From positions 60,125,710 through 60,145,601 of the forward strand of contig JANKJI020000004.1 of the NCBI GenBank assembly GCA_024626585.2: a DNA stretch of 19,892 nucleotides. The letters are read 5' to 3'. A program made the position numbers and the translations under genes. The stretch's first letter is position 1, and the number at the start of each line of letters is the position of its first letter. The DNA comes from Ginkgo biloba (Eukaryota > Plantae > Ginkgophyta). The notes below the pieces were generated by a model. The model worked only from the letters and a program-made list of their open reading frames with translations. It was not told the origin of the DNA and made no database searches. Positions 1-9,721 of this stretch are shown piece by piece.

Positions 1-69
1 TTATGCCAATAAGCTCCCCATACTCAGGTCCAAGTATCCTAACAAAATCTGTTTACATTGTGTGGAATC

Positions 70-378
70 CAGGGAAAATCTTAGTGGCTATATATAGCCA
101 TTCGGCAATTTTTTTTCCAAAATTTCCAAACTTGGATTCGCCAATAGGCAAACTTCCTCTATAATATTTGCCAAAATTGTTCAATTTTTATGAAAAATCA
201 TAACTTATTCGCCAAATTTAACATAAATTACAAATAAACATANNNNNNNNNNNNNNNNNNNNNNNNNNNNNNNNNNNNNNNNNNNNNNNNNNNNNNNNNA
301 TTATTTATTTTATATGTCAAAATTATTTGCCAATTAATTATACTTATGAAACTAAGTCCATCCTTAAGATTTTCTCTG
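70..378. mobile_element. Non-autonomous hAT-superfamily MITE (~309 bp including an internal N gap)
   Basis: 5' TIR CAGGGAAAATCTTA (70-83) and 3' TIR TAAGATTTTCTCTG (365-378) match 13/14 as inverted repeats. Perfect 8-bp TSD GTGGAATC at 62-69 and 379-386. CAG...CTG ends plus an 8-bp TSD are hAT hallmarks. Repeated subterminal TT(C/T)GCCAA motifs; no coding capacity. Confidence 0.85.
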
Positions 379-957
379 GTGGAATCCACCAACCTTAGGT
401 AACAATCACCAGCCAATGGAGTTGTATGCAGTGAGTCAAAAATACTTGGGCAGTACCAGAGTGATCTCAAGAAGGACAGAATAGTGTTGTTTAAGGCTTC
501 TCCGACCCAGACTGAAGACAATGACCTTATTAAAGAATGAATCCCACATCAGCACTTCAAAACACAACTTATCTTGAAGAAACTTGAAATATCATAGGAA
601 GGCAATCAAAAAAGAACTATCCAAAATTATAACTTGGAAGCATGATCCTAAGAAACCTGTAACATAGTTTGCCAATAATATCGTGAATACTATGTATGCA
701 AGCACGCTACATCCAACCTTAAACCTACTGAAAATACTTTTATGTCAAAAGTACACAACAAGACTCCTTCTGCACTCCTGCACATTCCTTAGTCATTTAA
801 TTGTATACCAGTAAGCCCCATAAACATGTTATATTTATGGCCTCACATATAAAATGTAGGTGCATTATAGATGTGACTTACAGGATTAGCCGTTTTAGTT
901 CACGAAGGCACCCAAATTTGGTGTCCACTTCTCATTTCTGTCAATCAGGAAAAATAA

Positions 958-2794
958 AATTTTGGTCAGATGGAGTTAAAGTATTTGGGGTTTGTTGTGT
1001 CACAAGAAGGCTTGAAGGTGGACCAAGAGAAGGTGAAGGTAGTTCTAGAGTGGCCAGTGCCGAAGAATGCAATGGAGGTCCAAATTTTTTATGGGTTGGC
1101 AAGTTTCTATCAAAAATTCGTCAAGAATGTCAGCATGATAACTGCGCCTATGAAAAAGTGCACTAGAGGCAAAGTATTCCAGTGGACGAGTGCCTCACAG
1201 CGAAGCTTTAAGCTGCTAAAGTAGAAGATGTCTGAAGCACTAGTGCTATTGTTGCCAAGATTTGAGAAGGTATTTGAGGTAGAATATGATGCATCAGGGG
1301 TTAGAATTGGAGCAGTGTTGATCCAGGAGGGAAAACCAATGGCATACTTTAATGAAAAGCTGAATGATGCCTAACGAAAATATTTTACCTACGACAAAGA
1401 ATTTTATGCATTAGTTTAAGAACTCAAATATTGGAGGCACTATCTATTGCCAAAAGAGTTTGTTGTATTCACCAATCACTAAGCATTAAAGTTTATCAAT
1501 TCACAGACCAAGCTAAATGTTAGACATGCCAAGTGGGTTGAGACACTGCAGAGATACACGTTCACGCTTCGACATAAGTCAGGAAAATCAAACCAAGTGG
1601 AAGATGCACTAAGTCGGCGAATGACCTTGTTGACTACTATGTAGTTGGAAGTCCCATATTTCACATCGGTGAAAGCATTGTATGAGATCAATGAAATTTT
1701 TCGACGAGCATATGCCTATGCCAAGAATCCAGTGACCAATAATGGGGATTTATTTGNNNNNNNNNNNNNNNNNNNNNNNNNNNNNNNNNNNNNNNNNNNN
1801 ATTGTGCATACCTAACAGTCCTATGAGGGAGAACATCATCAAAGAATTACATAATGGAGGACTTAGAGGACACTTTGGCAGAGACAAAATAGTCGCTGTG
1901 GTAGAAGATCGATACTTTTGGCGAGGATTAAAGAAGCAAGTGGCAAAGTTCATAGAGCAGTGCCAAATATGTCAAGTCACCAAAGGAGTGTTATAGAACA
2001 CCTAATTGTATGAGCCATTACCACTACTAAGGGAACCATGGATGGACATATCAATGGATTTTATTGTTGGATTTCCAAACACTCAGAGAGGCCACAATTC
2101 CATATTTATNNNNNNNNNNNNNNNNNNNNNNNNNNNNNTATTCCATGCAAGAAGACCGATGATACAAGTAAGGTGGCTGAGTTATTCTTCAAAGAGATTG
2201 TCAGACTGTATGGATTTCCTAAAACCATTATGTCAGATCGGGATAGCAAGTTCCTCATTCATTTTTGGAAAACATTATGGAAAAGGTTGGGCATAAAGTT
2301 GAAATTCAATAGTGCATATCACCCACAAATAGACGGACAGACAGAAGTGGTGAACAGATCTCTAGGTAACTTGTTGAGGAGCCTAGCAGGAGATAAGCCC
2401 AAACAATGGGATCAAGTTCTAACACAGACAAAATTTGATTTCAATAGCTCAGTGAACAGATCGATGAGAATGGCACCATTTCAGATATTTTATGGCCAAT
2501 AACTAAAGGCAGTGGTAGATTTGGTTGATATTCCAATCGAGGATCAAGTTAGCAATGATGCAAAAACTGTAGCAAAGAGTTTGAAGAAAATTCATGAGGA
2601 AGTGAAACAATGTATGTCAAAGAGAAACACTTAGTACAAAGAAGTAGCTGATCAACATCGAAGGAATAAGGAATTTGAAGTCGACGATATGGTGATGGTT
2701 TTCCTTAGAAAGGACATATTTTTGACAAGCACCTACAACAAGCTCAAGTACAAGAAAAATAAACTATGCTAGATAGTCAAGAAAATCAACAAAA
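958..2794 (+). mobile_element. Degenerate Ty3/gypsy pol fragment (RT C-terminus, RNase H, integrase), chromovirus CRM-like
   Basis: RT end: FGQMELKYLGFVVSQEGLKVDQEKVKVVLEWPVPKN. RNase H: [30 protein letters not shown]...YDKEFYALV...WRHYLLPKEFVVF. Integrase zinc finger: ELHNGGLRGHFGRDK...CQIC. Core: [42 protein letters not shown]-region start: FEVDDMVMVFLRKD...TYNKLK. Many in-frame stops; 5' truncated; ends at a 100-N gap. Confidence 0.93.
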
Positions 2795-2901
2795 NNNNNN
2801 NNNNNNNNNNNNNNNNNNNNNNNNNNNNNNNNNNNNNNNNNNNNNNNNNNNNNNNNNNNNNNNNNNNNNNNNNNNNNNNNNNNNNNNNNNNNNNCCACCT
2901 T

Positions 2902-3123
2902 GCCTATGAGAAAAAGGTAAGGTCCAGAACATTCCTAGTTGGGGATAAGATTTTAAAATTGGACTACTTGTTCGATTAAAAAAGCAAGTTCATTCCAAAG
3001 TGGCTAGTCCCATTCATCGTTCTCGAAGATCTTTAGAATGGCGCCTATCGCATTGCCACCCTCGATGGCTGCGAATTCAAAAACACAGTCAATTAACAAT
3101 ACCTAAAGATATATTATCTTTAA
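2902..3123 (+). mobile_element. Integrase C-terminal (GPY/F) fragment of a second, non-chromovirus (Tat/Ogre/Athila-type) gypsy element
   Basis: Translates AYEKKVRSRTFLVGDKILK...KFIPKWLVPFIV...NGAYRIATLDG...VN*QYLKIYYL*, matching the KFxPxWxGPF...NGAYxL..DG...LKxYY pattern. Three internal stops. Followed by purine-rich AAAATAAACGGGGGG. Confidence 0.8.
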
Positions 3124-3233
3124 AATAAACGGGGGGCATGCCTCATTTACAAATGTATATAGTTTTTGATATAAATTGAAAACTAAAAAAAAGTTTAAAA
3201 TCTTAAAACACATAAACGTACATAAATACACAA

Positions 3234-3296
3234 ATATATATATATATATACACATGTGTGTGTAGATACAAGAGTATCTACACACACACACACATG
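3234..3296. repeat. Compound (TA)n/(TG)n/(CA)n microsatellite with a 15-bp perfect inverted repeat
   Basis: (TA)n at 3234-3250; TGTGTGTGTAGATAC (3255-3269) - AAGA - GTATCTACACACACA (3274-3288). Confidence 0.8.
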
Positions 3297-3686
3297 CAAA
3301 CATATAATGTTCATTATACAAAAAATTGACTAGTCATACAAATAAATCTCCAAAAATGTATGAATAAAATCTTGATGAAAACACAACATACAATTAATAA
3401 CTTTAAAGATATTTACACTGCCTGCTCTAGAGGAAGGGTCAGTTACATACTGAGCTGAAACAACTGATGGGCACTATTTCCTACTAGTTGTGACCGCAAC
3501 CTAGGACATCTTACCATGCAGTACAGTTTTTCACAATAACAAAACATTCAGTTATAAAGGAGGCTGTTATAAAACATCCAGTTCTTCCCAACTCTGGTTC
3601 ATAAGTTTACATCACATATTTGTTTTTCACCAAGCATCTTTCTTACTAATTTCACACCCTTATCTTTTTTAGGCAGTTCTCCGATG

Positions 3687-4397
3687 TGTGATCTCTGTTT
3701 ACTGACCTGCGGTCACAGTAAACTCTGCATTGATGGTCAACTGGCTGACAACCCTGGAGAGACTGGAATAGCATTGCTCTCACCAACAAGACAGCATTCC
3801 GAGGTCTTTGGAGAGGTCAGCGTTGGGAATACCACAATCGCTCATACATACTAAGCATATAAAGTAATCAGAACAGAGCATTCATTGTGTAGTCATTCAT
3901 AAGAACCACAGAACAGAGACAGATGCAAATAGAAGATATTTTATTGTATTATAATAGATTACAATGGATAAACATGATGATTTCTACCTTTGCAGATTAC
4001 AATATTTATAGGGTACAAGTGGTGCCTTTCCATAGGCGATTCTAACAGTCACATTCATTCATTAAAATTCACTACAATTTGTTCTGACTACATCTGCCAA
4101 TTACAAAAGAGTTTAGTTTGCTTTATTCGGTCTTACTACTGTTGCAACTAGAAACTATGTTATTTCTGCAACCGACAAGCAGACTGCTGGGATGACCAAT
4201 AATGTCGACTACTGCGACCAATAACTAGATTTGTTGAAGACGACCTATAACTAGAATCTGGAAGCAACCAATATTTAAGTTCTGGAGCAACCGGATTCTG
4301 CCAAAACTGTCTGCAATGTATGGGCTATACATATCGCCAACCACAAGTCTTTGAGTGTTCCTCGTTCAATCAAAATTTTCAAAAATTGTCTCTGATA
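3687..4397 (-). repeat. 3' LTR of the minus-strand gypsy element (left boundary approximate)
   Basis: About 3720-3985 aligns with 13703-13970 (shared blocks TTGCTCTCACC, TTGGGAATAC, TCGCTCATACATACT, TGTAGTCATTCATAAGAAC). TATA box CCTATAAATA on the minus strand at ~4003-4012. The LTR begins right after the PPT with TATCAG (probably a mutated TG). Lies directly downstream of pol and the extra ORF. Confidence 0.7.
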
Positions 4398-4410
4398 GGC
4401 TGCCCCCTTG
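4398..4410 (-). promoter_or_regulatory. Polypurine tract (PPT) candidate
   Basis: Minus strand CAAGGGGGCAGCC between the stop of the extra ORF (4423) and the inferred 3' LTR start. Confidence 0.55.
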
Positions 4411-4422
4411 AAAATTTTCAAC

Positions 4423-5560
4423 TTACGTTGTTTTCCTCAATGGACTGGGAAACTCTGGTGAAAGTAGAATGTTGCGCTGTTGTAAAATCCAGATTAACTT
4501 TGCGTAGGCTTTTTCCAACCAATGTGTCTCCACCCGATGCTTGTTAGTTACTTGTGTTAACTCCTTTTTTACTACAGCTAATTCCTTCTCCGANNNNNNN
4601 NNNNNNNNNNNNNNNNNNNNNNNNNNNNNNNNNNNNNNNNNNNNNNNNNNNNNNNNNNNNNNNNNNNNNNNNNNNNNNNNNNNNNNNNNNNNNNNNNNNN
4701 NNNNNNNNNNNNNNNNNNNNNNNNNNNNNNNNNNNNNNNNNNNNNNNNNNNNNNNNNNNNNNNNNNNNNNNNNNNNNNNNNNNNNNNNNNNNNNNNNNNN
4801 NNNNNNNNNNNNNNNNNNNNNNNNNNNNNNNNNNNNNNNNNNNNNNNNNNNNNNNNNNNNNNNNNNNNNNNNNNNNNNNNNNNNNNNNNNNNNNNNNNNN
4901 NNNNNNNNNNAACTTGATTTTTTTATTGGCCTCTTGGGTTTTTTCCCTTGCATCTAGAGAGTCTTAGCTCACTCCTCGAGCCGAGTCCTTCATTTTTTGC
5001 ACCAAATCCAAAACTAAAATCTAAATAACATTAGCCATAAAAGTGAGCTTCTAGGCCTCATGATTATGCAATCTACACTCGCTTTTGTCCAATTCCTCCT
5101 CGAACACCTTGATGCACTCATTTCAATCAAGTTTGATGTTTCTGTCTGATATAGATTATGCCCATCTTGGTCGTTGAATGATTGTTTTGGACAAACCATC
5201 TTTCGTGACTTTTGGTTGTCCAAAAGGAAACCCAGACACCCTTGTCACAGGTTTTGGGGATGGGGAGGTTAAACATTTTTGGGGGTGATACTTCTTGAGT
5301 GGATGCAACCAACACCTCTTCCTCCATTGATGCTTTTCCTCTATGTATTCTTCTTTCTTCATCTTCCTCTTTTTGTGGGGCCAAGTCATGGCTGGTAACT
5401 GGGGCCTCCTGTATGTCACTTTCCTCTGCTGTGACCTCTCTTTTTTCGTATTCCTTCATCAACCACCACAAAATTTTAGCAATGGCCTACGACATAGGAA
5501 TTGCATCCTCACTCTTAATGGTGCCTTTGGAATAACAACTAGACCAACCAACCAATCTTG
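4423..5560 (-). pseudogene. Degraded extra ORF 3' of pol (acidic/basic low-complexity and coiled-coil-like protein of unknown function)
   Basis: ORF pieces 5127-5471 (WWLMKEYEKREVTAEESDIQEAP...KEEDEERRIHRGKASMEEE) and 4423-4953 (...SEKELAVVKKELTQVTNKHRVETHWLEKAYAKL...), same strand as pol, ending just before the PPT. Interrupted by stops/frameshifts and a 317-N gap. Confidence 0.5.
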
Positions 5561-5581
5561 GGAAATCTAGACTAGTACCCA

Positions 5582-7810
5582 TATAGCCTCTTGTTCATAG
5601 ACAAGTTGAAAGGGAGTGTACACGTACTATATTTGCTGGAGTACAATATGCCCATAAAACAAGAGTAGAGTTTTCTGCCCAATCGTTCTGCCTGACATTG
5701 CAAATTTTGGTTGGTACTCTTTTCAATATCCTATTTATGCTTTCTGCCAGGCCATTAGCATGTGGAGAAAGCTATGCGGCCAACAGCTTACAGCACGTAG
5801 CACCGTGCAATTGGCTCTTGGGCCTTTGAGGGGACATTGAGTCAATTGCATGGTGCCACGTGCTGTAAGTTGTTGGCCGCATAGACCAGGCAATTAGGAT
5901 GTGGGTAGTACGGGGTAGATTTACGATGAACGATCATGAATTCTTTCAAGAGATATTTAATGGTTTGATTAAGAAATGTTGCCCCCTGATCATTCACTAT
6001 CTCAATCAGGTAGTGGAAACGTGTCATGATCATCTCATATAGGAATCTTGTTGTGCTTCTAGAATCACAACGAGCGTGCTTTTCCACATTTTATCACATA
6101 ATCGGTTGCGACAAGTATATATCGTGCTTGAGTGCGTCATGCACGTGGGTTGATGGCCTCAACAAAATCAAACCCCCAATCTTCAAAAGGACACTGTGCA
6201 AGAATTAGATGAAGGGATTAGTGGTGAGTTTCCCTGGGCTTCCCTACTCATTGGCATATGCCACAGTTTTTAGCCAAGTTTTCTACATCATTAAATAGGG
6301 TTGGCCACCAAAACTCTGGCTAAGAGTATTTTCCGCATCATTCCATCACTCCCCAAATGTCCTCCAGCAACTCCTTCGTGAGCTTCTTGTATGATAGTTT
6401 GTGCTTCATATTCTATCTCACATCTTCTCAATATTTTATCAAGACTTTATGTAATACGTCCTGAATTAGTTGATATGACTCGGATTTCTTGGCCAAGTTC
6501 CTTCTTTTCGTTCAATCTAAGCCATGGGGCATAACACCTGTGGACACATATTCTGCTATATCGTTGTACCAGTCTGGAATAGAAGTTACTTGGAACAATG
6601 TTGTGTCAGAAAAATCAACGTGTTCACCTATGGCTTCTTCTCTAGTATCAATGCGTGATAGCTGCTCTAGTACATTATGTCTTGCTCTGGGATTTACAAC
6701 CACCAAAAAATTGGGTTCCTACAACAATAATAGCTAGTTGCTGTTAAATTCTTTTAGGATTGGTTTACTAATCAAAATATAACAGTGATTGATAGTCTAC
6801 AAAGAACGTGAAGTGTATTGCTAACAAGTAATGACAAAATTTTTGCAGTGAGTGTGGCATCCCTAATCCTTCTCTTTCTATGATAGTGTAATTTCATTCA
6901 GTTGATGGGAGTTTCCTGCTAGCAAAGTATATGGGATGATCAATGTTTTNNNNNNNNNNNNNNNNNNNNNNNNTGTTCAATGAGGCATATACATGCATGT
7001 GGAACTCTTTATTCCAATCTACAAATCATAATATCAACACACTCACCACTATGTTTTTCAACATATCAAATGCTAATTGATGCTCTAACATCCATACAAA
7101 TGTGGAGTTTTTTCTTAAGCAATTGTTTTAGTGGTGCTGAAATATGGACATAATTCCTAATGAATTTCCTATAGCATCCAGTCAATCCTACGAATCCCTT
7201 TAGTTATTTAGTGGTGGTAGGTGCAAGTAAACCCAAAATCAAGGCTACCTTGATGGGCTCTGTTAGTAAACCTTCCTTTGCTACAAAGAGCCCTAATAAG
7301 TTTTCAAATGGCACCATGAAGTGCATTTTTTTGAGTTGCGATGTAGGCCACTTTCTCTACATACTTGCAGCATTCATTTTAAATTCTCTAACGGTTGTTG
7401 ATCAAGGAATATAGAGTCCAATGATCCAAGCAGACTTCAATTTTATAACCAATCATCTTTTTGAAAATATTTAGTATAATGTTGAAAAATAGTTGGGTTG
7501 TTAATGACACTGAATGGCATTACTCGATATGCGTATGTCCTCCAATTTGTAACAAAAGGTTGTTTTCACCTAGTCCTCTAAATGCTATGCTAACTTGGTT
7601 ATAACTGCTAACTCCATCAATTAAACGGGAAGACTTCTTGACTAGTGACTCATTCAAGTACATCCTCGATCAATGGAAGCAAAAAGGGATCTTTTTTGTG
7701 ACTTTCTTAAGTTCCTATAATCCACACACACTTGTGATTTGCCATTTTTCTTCGTTACAATCACAATGGGACTAACCCATCCACTATTATCAACTCCATA
7801 AATGTATTCC
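5582..7810 (-). mobile_element. Degenerate Ty3/gypsy pol (RT, RNase H, integrase), non-chromovirus without an archaeal-type RNase H (Athila-like)
   Basis: RT: YIYGVDNSGWVSPIVIVTKKNGKSQVCVDYRNL...KDPFLLPLIEDVLE...YAYRVMPF. RNase H: NIDHPIYFASRKL...NYTIIEREGL...LQKFCHYLL. Integrase: IQEAHEGVAGGHL, WWPTLFNDV...CGICQ, PFEDWGFDFV, IVNDQGATFLN, STPYYPH, TPFQLVYEQEAI. Many stops and frameshifts; the GPY/F tail is missing at ~5580. Confidence 0.92.
5772..5884. repeat. 113-nt foldback (46-bp inverted arms, 21-nt loop) inserted in the integrase and flanked by ~19-bp direct repeats
   Basis: Arms 5772-5817 and 5839-5884 are 42/46 complementary. Direct repeats CCAGGCCATTAGCATGTGG (5747-5765) and CCAGGCAATTAGGATGTGG (5886-5904) match 17/19. 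Confidence 0.9.
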
Positions 7811-8402
7811 TATGGCATTTACAAGACATGACATAAATTAATCAAAATGGCAATGTAAAGATGATACTCCATTAATTAGGATCATTTAAATAAGGAGAAG
7901 GGTTTGGATTTGGGGGAGGATCTTGGATATTATTAACTACCAAATTAATATGAAGGCATTAGGGTTTTTTAGTCCTATAGTTGGCATAGGCCAAAATATC
8001 CTCTCTAGAGAGTTGTGGATGTGTGGGTTGAGGAATCGAGTTTCAAAGAAGTCTTATTACCCTATCATAAACCATATAAAGATCATAGATAAGACTGTAT
8101 GGTGGTAGATTAGAATCAATATCTTGGGGGACCATAAGAGTAGGCCTCTTAGTGATGTCCAAGCTTAATTACATGAGGCAAATATCCAAAAGTAGGGCCT
8201 CATGAATAGCATGTTCCTTATCCCTAGTTATTTTAACCATGATATGAAAAGTATGTGGTGGAAGAATGCTCTTGATAAACCAATGGCCAACCTCCTAGAA
8301 TCTATATAGGAACACTTAGTCCTAATCACCCTCTAATTTATTATATATTAGGAGATTGAGGATCTTATTTTATAGTAATGAGAATCCTAATAGAATCCAC
8401 AT

Positions 8403-8626
8403 AGGAACATATGACTTAAATATGTTAAAAATTATGTTCCTTAATTGGTTTAATGAAGATATAGATTGGTGTGGTAATTGTGTAAACCATATAGTAGCTT
8501 CTTTAGTGAGTGAGCATTGGGATAACCTCAATTTATTAGATTTATCATAAGTGTGGGAACTACACCATATCCTATACTTAATTGATGATGAGGTTTGTCA
8601 TCATCCTTTCCTAAGAATATAGGCAT
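8403..8626 (-). mobile_element. Degenerate retrotransposon gag (Retrotrans_gag-like capsid) fragment, Tat/Ogre-type
   Basis: MPIFLGKDDDKPHHQL, then after a frameshift CSSHTYDKSNKLRLSQCSLTKEATIWFTQLPHQSISSLNQLRNIIFNIFKSY, resembling LRLFxxSLxxxAxxWFxxLPxxSIxSWxxLxxxFxxxF. Confidence 0.7.
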
Positions 8627-9006
8627 GGGTGAGGGTATCTCCCTAGGAAAGTGCAGCCCAAAAGGATCTTGTATGATTGTGTCACTTATGAGGGATATCC
8701 ATATGGATTAATTAAAACCCTTTAAATATGAGAAAAAATACTCATGATGGAATTTAATAAGAAAAGGGTGATATGCATTATGTTCCTCACCTAAGATGTT
8801 TTGGGATATTTGAGTAGGTACCTATTAGAAAGGATAGTTGGATACCTATTAAAATAGGGGAGATGTTTGCATGAACCCATATTGCATTGGTTGTTGAATA
8901 AATAGTNNNNNNNNNNNNNNNNNNNNNNNNNNNNNNNNNNNNNNNNNNNNNNNNNNNNNNNNNNNNNNNNNNNNNNNNNNNNNNNNNNNNNNNNNNNNNN
9001 NNNNNN

Positions 9007-9491
9007 TGATCAAACACATAGCGAGCATCTTCAATTCTCCCACGCTTGGCATAGGTGTCAACAAGATGGTTTCCTTCGGAAATTCTAGGCTTAAATCCAG
9101 ATTCATTCATATAGGCATGGGCACGATTTCCCTCCGTTTGGTTTTTCGTACCAATGCACACCTGCAATAAACGATCATAGTCATAAAAGTCTGTACAAAT
9201 GCTTTGTGGATTCATAAGAAACTTACGGTGCCTACCCACTAATCCAACAATGTCATAGAATCTCTTGGCACTAGCCAATTTCATCTCTCGATTACCTTTT
9301 GAAGATCCATTAAGAGTAGTAGCGATTATAGTCAACGTTCTAAAACCAACGGAACTGTGTAACCAATTGTGATTCCACAGTTGAAAGAGAGCAATCCTCA
9401 AAACATTTGGTTGCATGCAGTAATTGCGATGCTTCAAAGTTTTTACAGCCGACTTAAATTGGTTTAACCTCTTCATGGCTACGCATTGCAT
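9007..9491 (-). CDS. 5' portion of a PLS-class pentatricopeptide repeat (PPR) protein gene with a probable organellar targeting peptide; 3' end lost at a gap
   Basis: About 161 uninterrupted codons from ATG 9491. Basic/hydroxylated N-terminus, then YDRLLQVCIGTKNQTEGNRAHAYMNESGFKP (L-type motif) and EGNHLVDTYAKRGRIEDARYVFD (S-type motif; consensus NxLVDMYAKCGxIEDARxVFD). Ends at the 100-N gap, so gene versus pseudogene is unresolved. Confidence 0.85.
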
Positions 9492-9721
9492 TCATGTGCT
9501 CTATTGTTTATACATTGTCAAAGCAGTTTGTTGTGTACGGTAATTATTTTACACGTCTCCAAATGCCTGTCCAGGACTGCTCGAAACAAAGGTTACTTCG
9601 GTAGTTTGAATTTGAACTTTAAAGAGTCATTAAAAGGCTTAAGGGTGGACACATGACGAGCAAGTTAAAGAGAGCTAAACTTTTAAAACGTAGAAAAAGG
9701 GTTCATATCACAAGAGAGTAA

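Noticed and set aside
228-521. 97-aa minus-strand ORF and other frames in 1-950
   Set aside because: It runs into the MITE and an N gap. No recognisable domain even after removing the MITE; alternative frames have several stops.
958-3123. A single continuous gypsy pol across the 2795-2894 gap
   Set aside because: Both sides encode the start of the GPY/F region, from different lineages, so they are two elements.
3122-3140. AAAATAAACGGGGGGCA-TG as PPT plus LTR start
   Set aside because: The geometry is suggestive, but it is followed by low-complexity microsatellite DNA and there is no second LTR copy to support it.
8787-8906. C-terminal part of the 234-aa PPR ORF (TIYSTTNAIWVHAN...)
   Set aside because: It lies across the 100-N gap and has no PPR character, so it is not part of the gene.
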